DNA of 64,000 nucleotides from Gammaproteobacteria bacterium (GTDB lineage Bacteria; Pseudomonadota; Gammaproteobacteria; CBDDKY01): NCBI GenBank assembly GCA_965230455.1, contig CBDDKY010000003.1, positions 430,948 to 494,947 of the forward strand, read 5' to 3'. Shown piece by piece: positions 1 to 10,322 of this stretch (position 1 is its first letter; each line of letters starts with the position of its first letter). The notes under the pieces were generated by a model. It saw only the letters and a program-made list of their open reading frames with translations, ran no database searches and was not told where the DNA came from. The position numbers and the translations under genes were made by a program.

Positions 1-307
1 AAAGTTTGCCCACTATTTAGCCTGGCTGCATGAACAAGGTGTATTTTTTTGGGATTTACATTTACAAAATGTATTGATGAATGATGAGGGAACATTTTTT
101 CTTATTGATATTGCTTCATTAAAAATCTATAAGCCGCCGCTAAATTTTCATAAACGATTTCGGAATATTAAGCGCCTTCTCCGCATTGAAGAAAAAAGTC
201 AAGTGTTTATTCATTTTGGTGTTGCAAAATTTTTACATGACTATGTTGAAGCGGCAGGTTTTACAGTAAAACAGCAAAATCGCTTTATCAAAAAATTAGG
301 TGTTTGA
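1..307 (+). CDS. Lipopolysaccharide kinase (Kdo/WaaP/InaA) family protein, 5' end cut by window edge
   Basis: Reading frame starts at nt 2 (KFAHYLAWLHEQGVFFWDLHLQNVL...FLIDIAS). It carries the DLHxxN...LIDxx kinase motifs shared with the next two ORFs. Confidence 0.55.
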   Translation, partial: KFAHYLAWLHEQGVFFWDLHLQNVLMNDEGTFFLIDIASLKIYKPPLNFHKRFRNIKRLLRIEEKSQVFIHFGVAKFLHDYVEAAGFTVKQQNRFIKKLGV

Positions 308-310
308 AGA

Positions 311-1009
311 ATGTGTTTCCATAAGCTGCCAAACATGTCTATCTTACAGTTAAAGGCGCTTTGTGAAAAGGCTCGATTTTTGCCGGGGAAAATAGTGCGT
401 CCACAACTCTTGTTATTGCCGCAAAATAAAGTGCTTAAGCTTTGTTATAAAGAAAAGAAAAACTGGTTTTGGTATTTTTCACCATTAAGTCATTTAAAAA
501 AAACCGTCAGACAGCTTGATGCTCTGGATGTGCGCACTATCAACGTGGAGCGTGTTTTGCGTTGTTCGGCGCTGCGTTGCGATGCTATGCTGTATGCTTA
601 TGAAGAGGGTATGAATGTTGCTGAATATTTGGCAGACAAAGGCAATGCCTCTAATTTTTTGCCTTTTGTAGCTGCCTATCTTGCAGACCTGCATGAGAAA
701 GGGGTTTTTTTTCCTAAGCTACACTTTCGTCATTTATTGTATCAACAAGAAAAATTAATTCTGCTCGATATGCGAGGTCTCAGGTTGTGCGGCAGGCCGC
801 TTACCATCAGACAGCGTGCAAAAAGTATTGGGCGTTTGCTCAGGAAAGAAAGTGACAATGTACAATTAAATGCATTTGGTGTTGAAAATTTTCTACAGTG
901 TTATTTGTGGCATGCACAATTAACCGATAACGCGTTAACAACGCTATACCAGCACCTGCGGTACTATGTCCCGCTTTTGGAGAAAAATCTTATTGAAAAT
1001 CATCAGTAA
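311..1009 (+). CDS. Lipopolysaccharide kinase (Kdo/WaaP/InaA) family protein, tandem paralog 2
   Basis: 232 aa with motifs LHEKGVFFPKLHFRHLL ... LILLDMRGL, the same architecture as its neighbours. Confidence 0.55.
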   Translation: MCFHKLPNMSILQLKALCEKARFLPGKIVRPQLLLLPQNKVLKLCYKEKKNWFWYFSPLSHLKKTVRQLDALDVRTINVERVLRCSALRCDAMLYAYEEGMNVAEYLADKGNASNFLPFVAAYLADLHEKGVFFPKLHFRHLLYQQEKLILLDMRGLRLCGRPLTIRQRAKSIGRLLRKESDNVQLNAFGVENFLQCYLWHAQLTDNALTTLYQHLRYYVPLLEKNLIENHQ

Positions 1010-1697
1010 AAAACAAGTCAACGCGCTATGTCAGCAAGTGCGCCCCTTAAAAGGCAGTGAGTCCAGGCCGCAGGTTTTATTGCGCTCAGACAATCTTGTG
1101 GTGAAATTTATTTATAAGCATCGCAAACTTTCCAATCGACTATTTCCCTATGTGAAGCGCATGGCAAAGCAAAGCATGCAATTAAGAAAGCGTGGTGTTT
1201 TATGTGTGGATGTGCAAGCTGTTTATCGTTGTCCGGCGCTTAAGTGTGATATTGTTACGTACCCTTATCTTGCTGGAGAAAATATTCTAGACTTATTAAA
1301 TGCAGTTGATGATCCTAGATGTTTGTTGGACGCGCTTGTAGATTATTTGTTAGCGCTACATCAGCAAGGTGTTTATTTCCATGACTTGCATTTTAAAAAC
1401 ATTTTGCAGCTTGAGCCCGGCAAATTTGGGCTGATTGATATAGATTCTGTGATATTATATAACAAGCCGTTGTCCATAAAAAAACGGGTGATAAACATGG
1501 CTCATCTTGTATCTGACGAACCCAGTTTTCAGTTTTTGTACGGCTTTGGCGTGCAGAAGTTTTTAAAAATTTATGAAGGCGCTTCAGATTTCAGTGACAC
1601 TGATAAAAAACAATGGCGACGAGAGTTAATCAATGTATTACCTTTTTTGGCGCTGGTCAACGATGAGGGTTGCGCTAAGGCGGTGGAGGGTGAATGA
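966..1697 (+). CDS. Lipopolysaccharide kinase (Kdo/WaaP/InaA) family protein, tandem paralog 3
   Basis: 243 aa with motifs LHQQGVYFHDLHFKNIL ... LIDIDSV. Its annotated start overlaps the previous ORF by 44 nt, so the true start may lie further downstream. Confidence 0.55.
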   Translation: MSRFWRKILLKIISKKQVNALCQQVRPLKGSESRPQVLLRSDNLVVKFIYKHRKLSNRLFPYVKRMAKQSMQLRKRGVLCVDVQAVYRCPALKCDIVTYPYLAGENILDLLNAVDDPRCLLDALVDYLLALHQQGVYFHDLHFKNILQLEPGKFGLIDIDSVILYNKPLSIKKRVINMAHLVSDEPSFQFLYGFGVQKFLKIYEGASDFSDTDKKQWRRELINVLPFLALVNDEGCAKAVEGE

Positions 1698-2650
1698 TGG
1701 ATGACCAAAAGATAAAAGTGGGTATTAGCAGTTGCCTGTTAGGGCAGGAGGTCAGATTTAACGGTGGCCATAAACGTAGCCGATATATTACCGATACGCT
1801 ATCAGCGGTTTTTTCTTTTTTGCCCATTTGCCCAGAGATAGGAATAGGGCTTGGGGTTCCACGTAAGCCCATTCGGTTATTATCAGTGGCGGGGCAGGTT
1901 AGGGCTGTCAATAGTGATGATGAGGCTGTCGATGTCACAGAGCCATTAAAAGACTATGCTGATAAAAAAAGTCAGCAGCATGCAGACATCTCTGGTTATA
2001 TTTTTAAGAAGGGCTCGCCTAGCTGTGGCGTCTATAAAGTAAAAGTCTATGGTGAAAAAGGTATACCCTTCAACGATGGGCAAGGTATTTATGCCGAGCA
2101 ATTTATCAAGAGTCAGCCGCTATTGCCTGTGGAAGAAGAAGGCCGCTTAAACGATGCACCTTTACGAGAAAATTTTGTCAAGCGTGTTTTGATTTATCAT
2201 CGCTGGCAAATGATGTTGGCTAATACACCCTGTGGGTCTAAAGAACTCATTAAATTTCATCAACAACACAAATTCATCATTATGAGCTATTCGCAGACAG
2301 CTTATCGTGCGTTGGGACAAACGGTCGCGGCTCTGAATAAAAAAGACTTTGCCAATATCCGCGATAGTTATATTACTGAGCTCATGCAGGTTATTAAAAA
2401 GCCTGCGTCGCGTAAAAATCATGTTAATGTTTTACAGCATATTCAAGGTTATCTAAAAGATAATATCACCGCGAAAGATAAAGCCGAACTCGCGGAGACT
2501 ATTCAATTATATTATGATGAGGTTGTGCCGTTAATTGTTCCCATTACATTATTGAAACATCATTTTAAACATTATCCTGATGCATATATTGAAGACAGCT
2601 TTTATTTGAATCCTTATCCACAATTATTAACGTTAATGAATTACATATAG
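1694..2650 (+). CDS. DUF523/DUF1722 family protein (YbgA-like)
   Basis: 318 aa. The N-terminal VGISSCLLGQEVRFNGGHK...ICPE segment is DUF523-like; the C-terminal YHRWQMML...AYRALGQTVA segment is DUF1722-like. Confidence 0.6.
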   Translation: MMDDQKIKVGISSCLLGQEVRFNGGHKRSRYITDTLSAVFSFLPICPEIGIGLGVPRKPIRLLSVAGQVRAVNSDDEAVDVTEPLKDYADKKSQQHADISGYIFKKGSPSCGVYKVKVYGEKGIPFNDGQGIYAEQFIKSQPLLPVEEEGRLNDAPLRENFVKRVLIYHRWQMMLANTPCGSKELIKFHQQHKFIIMSYSQTAYRALGQTVAALNKKDFANIRDSYITELMQVIKKPASRKNHVNVLQHIQGYLKDNITAKDKAELAETIQLYYDEVVPLIVPITLLKHHFKHYPDAYIEDSFYLNPYPQLLTLMNYI

Positions 2651-2662
2651 GGCAATAATGCA

Positions 2663-3577
2663 ATGAATATTTTAATTGCCGGTGCCAGTGGTATGATTGG
2701 TCAAGCGTTAGTAGAAGCGCTGCAAACAGAACATGCGTTAAGCGTGTTGGGTCGTGATAAAAATAAATTACAGGCTTTATTTTCAAACCTACAAGCATTC
2801 ACCTGGGATAAACTCACCGCAAAAGATTTAAAAAACTTTGCTGTGGTTATTAATTTGGCGGGTGAGAATGTTGGCGAGAAGCGCTGGAGCTTGGCGCAGA
2901 AAAAGCGTATCTTACAAAGCCGTGTGCAAACCACCGAGCAATTGACTGGGTTGTGTATTGAGCTGGGTGCAGATGCGCCGCGGTTAATCAGTGCCAGTGC
3001 CATTGGGATTTATGGTTTGCAAAAAACAATCAAACAGCAAAAAGAAACTATTTATACCGAGCAAAGTGCATTGCCCGATAGGCCAGAGGATTTTTTGAGT
3101 CAAGTGGGGCAAGCCTGGGAAGCCCCTTTACATAAAGCAAAGCAGGCGGGTGTGTCCGTGACTGTATTACGGTTTTCTGTGGTATTGTCTAAACGTGGGG
3201 GTGCGTTGGCGAAGCTGTTGCCTTCGTTTAAATGTGGCTTGGGCGCTAGACTTGGTTCAGGTGAACAGCCTTTTTCTTGGGTGGCTTTATCCGATGTGGT
3301 AGCTGCCATTAAATTTTTATTGCAACAACCCGAGGCTGCCGGGGTATTTAATGTGGTGGCGCCACAGGTGGTGAGCCAACATGAATTTGCAAAAGTTCTA
3401 GCAAAGGTTTTACAGCGGCCTTATTTTCTGGTGATGCCCAAGAGCGTTGTTAAACTATTATTTGGGCAAATGGGCGATGAATTATTATTAAATGGGCAGC
3501 ACGTGACGGGCCATGCTTTGCGTGATTTAGGCTTTGTTTATGAGTATGGTAGCCTGAAAGATGTCTTAAAAAAATAA
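2663..3577 (+). CDS. TIGR01777/YfcH-family NAD-dependent epimerase-like protein (DUF1731 C-terminus)
   Basis: 304 aa. It has the MNILIAGASGMIGQAL Rossmann motif, and its C-terminal GFVYEYGSLKDVL matches the YfcH family. Confidence 0.7.
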   Translation: MNILIAGASGMIGQALVEALQTEHALSVLGRDKNKLQALFSNLQAFTWDKLTAKDLKNFAVVINLAGENVGEKRWSLAQKKRILQSRVQTTEQLTGLCIELGADAPRLISASAIGIYGLQKTIKQQKETIYTEQSALPDRPEDFLSQVGQAWEAPLHKAKQAGVSVTVLRFSVVLSKRGGALAKLLPSFKCGLGARLGSGEQPFSWVALSDVVAAIKFLLQQPEAAGVFNVVAPQVVSQHEFAKVLAKVLQRPYFLVMPKSVVKLLFGQMGDELLLNGQHVTGHALRDLGFVYEYGSLKDVLKK

Positions 3578-4033
3578 AAACAAACAAGCTGCAGCCAAAA
3601 GCCCTGCCGCTACATCATCCAGCATAATACCCAAGCCGCCCGTTAATTTTTTATCCAAAAAACTAATAGGGAAGGGTTTAACAATGTCGAAAAAACGAAA
3701 TAATACAAAACCTGCTACTATATGCCCAACGGTTACTGGCGCGCCAAGCATGGTTATCCAATAGCCGCACATTTCATCCCAGACAATGGCCTTATGATCG
3801 TGCACACCTAGCGCTCGGCTAGTGGCGCCACACAGCCAAATACCCAGCAAGGTTGCCAAGAGCGTGACTAGCGAATAAATAGATATAGGCAGGAACTGTA
3901 GGCCCAAATAACACAGCAACCCCATGAGGGTTCCCCAGGTTCCTGGTGCGGGATTTAATAGACCTGAGCCAAGACCAAAGGCCAGGCAATGTTGAGGCTT
4001 ACGGCATAATTGCAGTAGTGTCTTATTTTCCAC
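3566..4033 (-). CDS. pgpA: Phosphatidylglycerophosphatase A
   Basis: 155 aa with GTWGTLMG...WDEMCGYWIT motifs typical of PgpA. It sits in the conserved nusB-pgpA neighbourhood. Confidence 0.8.
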   Translation of the reverse strand: MENKTLLQLCRKPQHCLAFGLGSGLLNPAPGTWGTLMGLLCYLGLQFLPISIYSLVTLLATLLGIWLCGATSRALGVHDHKAIVWDEMCGYWITMLGAPVTVGHIVAGFVLFRFFDIVKPFPISFLDKKLTGGLGIMLDDVAAGLLAAACLFLFF

Positions 4034-4478
4034 GGGCGGGTTTTTCCAGGGGGCGTAATTGTTCCGCTAATGCATTGAGTACGCCATTGACGAACTTATG
4101 TCCATCTTCAGGGCCAAAGCGTTTGGCTAGCTCTAATCCCTCATTAATAACGACACGATAGGGAATATCCAGGCGTTCTTTCAATTCATAATGTGCCAAG
4201 TATAAGATGCTGGCTGTGATGGGATCTAATTCTTTGATTGTGCGACCCTCTAATAAAGGCGTAAGTTCCTGCCGGGCTGTCTCATGGTGCCTAACCGCAC
4301 CTTGAAAAATAGCTTGGAAATAGTCCGCGTCTATTTTGTCAAAACGTTTGTGCGCTAAGAATTGAGCCAGAATATCGCTTGCGCTTGCGTCTGCCCCCAT
4401 CATTTGCCACTGATAACAAGCTTGCAGAGCAAGGCAGCGGGCGCGATGGCGATGACTGGGTTTGATAGATTGTGTCAC
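4023..4478 (-). CDS. nusB: Transcription antitermination factor NusB
   Basis: 151 aa with [15 protein letters not shown]...[11 protein letters not shown], a NusB signature. Confidence 0.85.
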   Translation of the reverse strand: MTQSIKPSHRHRARCLALQACYQWQMMGADASASDILAQFLAHKRFDKIDADYFQAIFQGAVRHHETARQELTPLLEGRTIKELDPITASILYLAHYELKERLDIPYRVVINEGLELAKRFGPEDGHKFVNGVLNALAEQLRPLEKPARGK

Positions 4479-4948
4479 GCTTCTTGGCTCTCTTTATCTT
4501 GATTTTCTAGGCGGTTAATTTCTTCTCGAAAGGCGTTAACGTCTTGAAAACTGCGGTAAACAGACGCAAAGCGCACATAGGCAACCTTATCAAGTTGTTT
4601 TAATTCAGACATGACTAATTGCCCCACCTGAAAGGATGTGATTTCGCGTTCGCCGTTGGCACGCATGGCTTGCATGACACGGCTGATGCCTGCTTCAAAA
4701 TCTTCCGTGCTCACGGGGCGTTTTTCTAAGGCGCGCATCAAGCCATTACGCAGTTTTTCTTCATCAAAAGGCACGCGACTGCCATCGCGTTTAATGAGTC
4801 TAGGCATGACGAGTTCTGCGCATTCATAGCTGGAAAAACGTTCTTCACAGCGCCCGCATTCGCGCCGACGCCTAACTTGCGAGCCATGGCTGACCAGGCG
4901 AGAATCGATCACTTTCGTTTCTGTCGCGTTACAAAAGGGGCAATGCAT
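4475..4948 (-). CDS. nrdR: Transcriptional repressor NrdR
   Basis: 157 aa with an [19 protein letters not shown] zinc ribbon and an ATP-cone domain. Confidence 0.9.
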   Translation of the reverse strand: MHCPFCNATETKVIDSRLVSHGSQVRRRRECGRCEERFSSYECAELVMPRLIKRDGSRVPFDEEKLRNGLMRALEKRPVSTEDFEAGISRVMQAMRANGEREITSFQVGQLVMSELKQLDKVAYVRFASVYRSFQDVNAFREEINRLENQDKESQEA

Positions 4949-4952
4949 GCGT

Positions 4953-6209
4953 TTAACAGCCTTGGTAAACAGGAAAACGCTGACAAAGCGCCATCACTTT
5001 TTCTCGCGTATCCACTAAGACGTGTTCGTTGCTGATGTCATCGAGAATATCGCACATCCAGTGGGTCAACGTCTCCATCTCTTCTTCTTTGAAACCACGT
5101 GTGGTTACGGCGGGAGTACCAACGCGCAGCCCACTGGTGACAAAGGGTGAACGAGGCTCACCAGGTACGGTATTTTTATTGGTGGTAATATGAGCTTGGT
5201 CTAAGGCTTTTTCAGCATCTTTGCCGGTTAGTTCTCGACCGATAAAACTCATCAGTAATAAATGATTCTTCGTGCCGCCGGATACCACGGGATAGCCTCT
5301 GGTTGTAAATACATCAGCCATCACGTTGGCATTTTTGATAACCTGTTGCTGATAGCCTTTAAATGCCGGCTGCAGCGCTTCTTTAAAAGCAACGGCTTTT
5401 GCTGCAATCACATGCATGAGCGGCCCACCTTGAGAGCCAGGAAAAATAGCGGAATTCAGTTTTTTGGTAAAATCATCATCCTCGTTGGAAAGAATGATGC
5501 CGCCACGAGGACCGCGCAAGGTTTTATGAGTGGTGGAGGTAACCACATGAGCATGGGGCAATGGAGAGGGATAAAGGCCTGTGGCCACTAATCCTGCCAC
5601 ATGGGCCATATCAGCTAATAAATAAGCCCCGACTTCATCGGCAATTTCACGAAATTTCGCCCAGTCCAGCTCCTGTGAGTAGGCCGAGAAGCCGGCGATG
5701 ATGAGTTTGGGTTGGCAGGCGCTTGCCTTTTCAGCTAATGCTACGTAATCCACGAGACCGGTATTTTGGTCCACACCATAACATTCTGAGTGATACAATT
5801 TGCCGGAGAAATTAACCTTTGAGCCGTGGGTTAAATGCCCACCTTCCGACAGGTTCATGCCTAATACTGTATCGCCAGGCAACAGTAATGCCTGGTAAAC
5901 CGCCGCATTCGCCTGAGAGCCTGAATGCGGTTGCACATTGGCATAGCGTGCATCAAAAAGCTGCTTAACCCGTTCTATTGCAAGGTTTTCTGCCTGGTCC
6001 ACGTATTCACAGCCACCATAGTAACGCTTGGCGGGATAGCCCTCGGCGTATTTGTTGGTCATGATGGAACCCTGTGCTTGCATAACAGAGGGGCTGGTAT
6101 AATTTTCTGACGCGATAAGCTCTATATGGTCTTCTTGGCGCTGTGCCTCTTTAGCAACAGCAGAGTAGAGTTCGGCATCAGCGTCAGCAAGGGAGGTTTT
6201 TAAATCAAA
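4953..6209 (-). CDS. glyA: Serine hydroxymethyltransferase
   Basis: The ORF gives 431 aa, but the likely start is the internal [12 protein letters not shown] (about 418 aa). It has the PLP site [12 protein letters not shown]. Confidence 0.9.
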   Translation of the reverse strand, partial: FDLKTSLADADAELYSAVAKEAQRQEDHIELIASENYTSPSVMQAQGSIMTNKYAEGYPAKRYYGGCEYVDQAENLAIERVKQLFDARYANVQPHSGSQANAAVYQALLLPGDTVLGMNLSEGGHLTHGSKVNFSGKLYHSECYGVDQNTGLVDYVALAEKASACQPKLIIAGFSAYSQELDWAKFREIADEVGAYLLADMAHVAGLVATGLYPSPLPHAHVVTSTTHKTLRGPRGGIILSNEDDDFTKKLNSAIFPGSQGGPLMHVIAAKAVAFKEALQPAFKGYQQQVIKNANVMADVFTTRGYPVVSGGTKNHLLLMSFIGRELTGKDAEKALDQAHITTNKNTVPGEPRSPFVTSGLRVGTPAVTTRGFKEEEMETLTHWMCDILDDISNEHVLVDTREKVMALCQRFPVYQGC

Positions 6210-6272
6210 CATGGCATTACAAGCCCCAGTGTTCAGTATTAGCCCCATTTTACCGCAATGCTGCAGAAATAC

Positions 6273-6438
6273 CTAGGGGCTGTTGACGATTCATTTTCAC
6301 GCTGCAGTTTGAATAAAACGAGTGCAAATCCGCGGTTATTTTCGTTACATAGTTCACTATGCTGCCTCAAATAACCATGGATTTGCCCGTCGTTTCTCCA
6401 AACTTCGCTTGCAAAAATGAATTGTCAACAGGCCCTAG
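6273..6438. repeat. MITE-like element, family A, copy 1 (terminal inverted repeats CTAGGGGCTGTTGACGATTCAT / ATGAATTGTCAACAGGCCCTAG)
   Basis: Perfect terminal inverted repeats of about 22 bp flank about 120 bp. The copy is nearly identical to the one at 43786-43950, and its CTA end forms the stop codon of the proQ-like gene. Confidence 0.75.
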
Positions 6439-7034
6439 TCAACCGTGCGGCTGAATTTGCGGCGGCGCTTGACCTTGATCACCGGCGTATTTTTAAAGGG
6501 TTGGCTTCTACCGGTCTTAGCGTTGCGAGCCGTAGCCTGCCGAGGCGCTTTTGGTGGCCGTGTTGGCTTTTTACGTTTTTCCGCCAGGGTGCGCGCCATT
6601 TCAGCATGTTCAGCAGAAACGCTATCAATCACCTTACCCTCTAGATCGATGCGAGGAGAACCTTGTGTTTGTAAAAGTTTTTGGTAACAGTGGTGGCCTG
6701 TATAGTATTTAATAGCCTGTCTAAGCTTCGATTTAGAAATCACCGTTTCTGCAGAAAAAGTAGCGATAATATCCTTATCAATACCTATCTTAAGCGCTTT
6801 GATAGCTTTGGGGTCCTGAGCAAAAGCCTTAGGGAAGTGGGTGCTTAGCCAATCTAGGGTGCTTCTTATCTCTTGCAGACGCTTTTTTTGGTCATCATTG
6901 AGTTGTGCGTAAACTTTTTTTAGTTTTGTGTTTGTTTTCTTGTCCATTTTTTCTGCAAAATCAGCTATTCCATGCCCCATTATAACATCTAATAGTTTAG
7001 AAGCTGAAGAGGATCTGTTAAAATCCATTCCCAT
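6435..7034 (-). CDS. ProQ/FinO-domain RNA chaperone (RocC/ProQ-like)
   Basis: 199 aa with an N-terminal FinO-like domain and a Lys/Arg-rich C-terminus. There is no obvious Tudor domain. Confidence 0.65.
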   Translation of the reverse strand: MGMDFNRSSSASKLLDVIMGHGIADFAEKMDKKTNTKLKKVYAQLNDDQKKRLQEIRSTLDWLSTHFPKAFAQDPKAIKALKIGIDKDIIATFSAETVISKSKLRQAIKYYTGHHCYQKLLQTQGSPRIDLEGKVIDSVSAEHAEMARTLAEKRKKPTRPPKAPRQATARNAKTGRSQPFKNTPVIKVKRRRKFSRTVD

Positions 7035-7040
7035 TGGTGC

Positions 7041-8474
7041 TTGTTCAAGGTGAAAATACCTATGTTACTCAGAAAATTAGAAACCCGGCATATGAATATG
7101 ATTGCCTTGGGTGGCTCCATTGGAACGGGGATATTTCTGGCCAGTGGTTATGCCCTGCATGTGGCGGGTCCTGGCGGAGCTTTATTGGCGTATAGCTTGA
7201 TTTCATTGATGGTTTTTTTCTTAATCACAAGCCTGGGTGAGCTTGCTATTCATCGCCCTACCACCGGCTCTTTTTGTGAGTACTCATCGTATTATGTCAG
7301 TCCTTCTTTTGGTTTCGCCATGAGCTATAACTATTGGTTCAATTGGGCTATTACCATTGCGGCCGAAATTTCTGCAGCCGCCATTGTCATGCAGTTTTGG
7401 TTTCCTGATGTTTCAGCGTTTACGTTTTCTGCGATGTTTTTTGTATTGATTATGGCGGCAAATATTTTATCTGTACGGGTTTATGGTGAGACAGAATATT
7501 GGATGTCTTTTATTAAGGTGGCCGTCATCATCTTATTCATTGTGTTGGGTACCTTGCTATTGTTTAAGACGCCGCACTGGGGTGTTACTAATTTATTTCT
7601 TCAAGATGGGCCCTTCCATCATGGTTTTAAGGGGTTTTTGGCGGTGTTTTTGGTGGCTGGTTTTTCCTTTCAGGGGTGTGAGCTCATTGGGGTAACTGCG
7701 GGCGAAGCCAAAGATCCACAAAAAACTATTCCTAAAGCGGTAAGAAACGTATTTTGGCGGTTATTATTATTTTATATTTTATCCACCTTATTAATCAGTT
7801 TGTTAATACCCTTTAACGACCCCCAACTGGCAAATCAAACCAGTGTGAAGTCCAGTCCTTTTACGTTGGTTTTTGAGAGTTATTTAGGGCATGGTATTGC
7901 GGCCGATATTATTAATGCCGTTATTTTAACGGCGATTATCTCCGCGGCTAATGCCAGCATGTATGCCTCTAGCCGAACGTTATGGTACATGGGCTCTACG
8001 GGACAAGCACCGAAATTTGTTGCCAAGACTACGCGTAAAGGTATTCCTGTTTTCGCCTTGATGATTACTGCGTTGGTGGGTTCTGTAGCGTTGCTTTCTT
8101 CTTTTGTTGCGAATGGGGCGTTATTTGCCGTGTTGTTGACGATCTCTTCTTTGTGCGGGTTTTTGGCATGGTTTGGTATTGCACTGAGTCATTATTGTTT
8201 TCGTAAAAAAATCTTGAAAGGCGATACAACAAGCCTGCGCTATCGTGCTAAATTTTTCCCTTACGCACCTTTGCTGTCTATCGGCTTTATCCTTTTTATT
8301 ATCATAGGGCAGGGCGCTCACGTTTTCGTAGATTTTTCCTTGGTAAGTTTCTTAAAGCAGTACGGGACGGTTTTAGCTTTTATTTTATTGCTGCTAGGAC
8401 ACAAATACTTTTACCGTGGTGTGTTGCCAGCGCCTGTTGCGGCCATGGACGTCGCCGCTGAAGAGGGTACTTAG
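7041..8474 (+). CDS. APC-family amino acid permease (LysP-like)
   Basis: 477 aa with about 12 predicted transmembrane segments and an N-terminal MNMIALGGSIGTGIFLASG motif. Confidence 0.75.
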   Translation: MFKVKIPMLLRKLETRHMNMIALGGSIGTGIFLASGYALHVAGPGGALLAYSLISLMVFFLITSLGELAIHRPTTGSFCEYSSYYVSPSFGFAMSYNYWFNWAITIAAEISAAAIVMQFWFPDVSAFTFSAMFFVLIMAANILSVRVYGETEYWMSFIKVAVIILFIVLGTLLLFKTPHWGVTNLFLQDGPFHHGFKGFLAVFLVAGFSFQGCELIGVTAGEAKDPQKTIPKAVRNVFWRLLLFYILSTLLISLLIPFNDPQLANQTSVKSSPFTLVFESYLGHGIAADIINAVILTAIISAANASMYASSRTLWYMGSTGQAPKFVAKTTRKGIPVFALMITALVGSVALLSSFVANGALFAVLLTISSLCGFLAWFGIALSHYCFRKKILKGDTTSLRYRAKFFPYAPLLSIGFILFIIIGQGAHVFVDFSLVSFLKQYGTVLAFILLLLGHKYFYRGVLPAPVAAMDVAAEEGT

Positions 8475-9235
8475 GCCCTGAAAATAGTGGGTCTTCTTGT
8501 GATGCTACGCAAAAGCCCACCGAGATGCATGAAACGCTTAAAAAGACGTTTGCTCACCATCCAAACAATTTTAGTGACATCCAAGCTGGGATTGAAATAG
8601 CTGGCGCGTCGGTCTGCGGGGTAACAAGATGCAATGGGAATAGCGGCAATGTTATAGCCTTGCCAAACGCTCTCGATCAACACTTCACTTTCAAAAACAA
8701 AGGCATGCTTTTTGTCATGAGAAAGGTTGATATGCTCCAAAACGTCGCGAGGGTAGTAGCGAAACCCCGATTGTGAATCCACAATGGGTGTGCCGGCTGC
8801 CCAACCAATGAAGAGGTCAGCGATATTGTTAGCATAGCGGCGTGCTCTGGGCGCTTGCTGACGATTGTTAAGGCGTGCGGCAATGATAATATGTTTAGCA
8901 TGCGCTGTGGCAGCTGCAAGCATCAGGGGAATATCATTGGGGTCATGCTGAGCGTCGCCATCTAAGGTAATGACAGCAGAGAGGTTTGGTTGTTGCAATG
9001 CGTATTCAATACCCGTCATGAGGCTTGCAGCCTTACCTTGGTTTGTTTCATGGTTAATCACGGTGACCGATAATTGGGCAAGTTTCGTTGCCGTTTCATC
9101 GGTGGAACAGTCATTAACAACGATGACCTGTGCGCTATGTATCAAGGCCTTTTTTACAACACCTTCAATGGTGCTCGCTTCGTTATAGGCTGGAATGAGG
9201 ATGGCTATTTCAGGTGTGTTCATGGTATGTTTCAT
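8471..9235 (-). CDS. Family 2 glycosyltransferase
   Basis: IAILIPAYNEASTIEGVV...VIVVNDCSTDETA...DGDAQHDP are GT2 signatures. The start was chosen at an internal Met; the ORF extends to 9277. Confidence 0.7.
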   Translation of the reverse strand: MKHTMNTPEIAILIPAYNEASTIEGVVKKALIHSAQVIVVNDCSTDETATKLAQLSVTVINHETNQGKAASLMTGIEYALQQPNLSAVITLDGDAQHDPNDIPLMLAAATAHAKHIIIAARLNNRQQAPRARRYANNIADLFIGWAAGTPIVDSQSGFRYYPRDVLEHINLSHDKKHAFVFESEVLIESVWQGYNIAAIPIASCYPADRRASYFNPSLDVTKIVWMVSKRLFKRFMHLGGLLRSITRRPTIFRA

Positions 9236-9310
9236 ATCCTCAGTAAGTTCTTGGGGCACGGGAAGCCCCGCGAGCATTATACATTTAAACCTTTACAGTA
9301 AGAATAGCAA

Positions 9311-10318
9311 ATGAAAAAAAAGTACCAGCTTTACTCCATTGGAAACGCCCTATTGGATATTTGTTACGAGGTGAGCGACGAGTTTTTACAAGACAATAAC
9401 TTGGAAAAAGGCGTCATGACCTTAATTGATACGGTAGAACACAATAGACTATTGGAAGTCTTATCCAACGAAAAAGCTTTGCATGCTTGTGGTGGGTCAG
9501 CTGCTAATACGGCTATGATGGTAGCACAATTAGGGGCTGACGTTTTTTATGCGTGTAAAGTAGCTGCAGATCAAGCAGGTAGCCACTTTTTAGATGACTT
9601 AAGCACAGTGAATATTCACACCCCCTGGTCATCACAAACGCGTCAAGCAGGGCATACGGGAAAGTGCTTAGTGCTAACCACGCCTGATGCCGAGCGAACG
9701 ATGTATACCTTTGTAGGAATTGCAGAAACGTTAGCCTTTTCTGAGCTGCATGCAGCAGCATTAGCAGACAGTGAATACTTATATATTGAAGGCTTTTTGG
9801 TTTGTGCACCTTCTACTCGCGAGACCGCCATTAGCCTGTGTCGCCAAGCTAAACAAGAGGGTGTGAAATGTGCCTTGACCCTATCAGATCCTAAACTCGT
9901 CGAGGGGTTTCGAGAGGAACTGCTGGCCATATTGGCTGAAGGTGTGGATATTTTATTTTGTAATATAGCAGAAGCTGAAGTTTTCACTGGCCATACGGAT
10001 AGGCAGGCTATGGCCAAGGCGTTAAGCGTTTATGCACAAACCATTATCATTACCGCCAGCGAGCAAGGTGCTTACCTATGTCAAGGAACACAGGTGACGC
10101 ATGTACCAGGCTTCCCTTGCAAACCTCTAGATACGGTGGGAGCAGGAGATGTGTTTGCTGGTTCTGTGCTTTATGGGTTGAGTGTGGGGCAAAGCGTAGT
10201 GGAGGCCATTCGGTTTGCTAATTTTGCTGCAGCCCAGGTGGTTTCCATACGAGGGCCGCGTTTAGGGCCGGAAGCATTGGCACAAATTACAGCGAAGAAA
10301 AGCAACGTAGAGGATTAG
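9311..10318 (+). CDS. PfkB-family carbohydrate/adenosine kinase
   Basis: 335 aa with the GAGDVFAG motif and a PfkB fold. Confidence 0.7.
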   Translation: MKKKYQLYSIGNALLDICYEVSDEFLQDNNLEKGVMTLIDTVEHNRLLEVLSNEKALHACGGSAANTAMMVAQLGADVFYACKVAADQAGSHFLDDLSTVNIHTPWSSQTRQAGHTGKCLVLTTPDAERTMYTFVGIAETLAFSELHAAALADSEYLYIEGFLVCAPSTRETAISLCRQAKQEGVKCALTLSDPKLVEGFREELLAILAEGVDILFCNIAEAEVFTGHTDRQAMAKALSVYAQTIIITASEQGAYLCQGTQVTHVPGFPCKPLDTVGAGDVFAGSVLYGLSVGQSVVEAIRFANFAAAQVVSIRGPRLGPEALAQITAKKSNVED

Positions 10319-10322
10319 AAAT

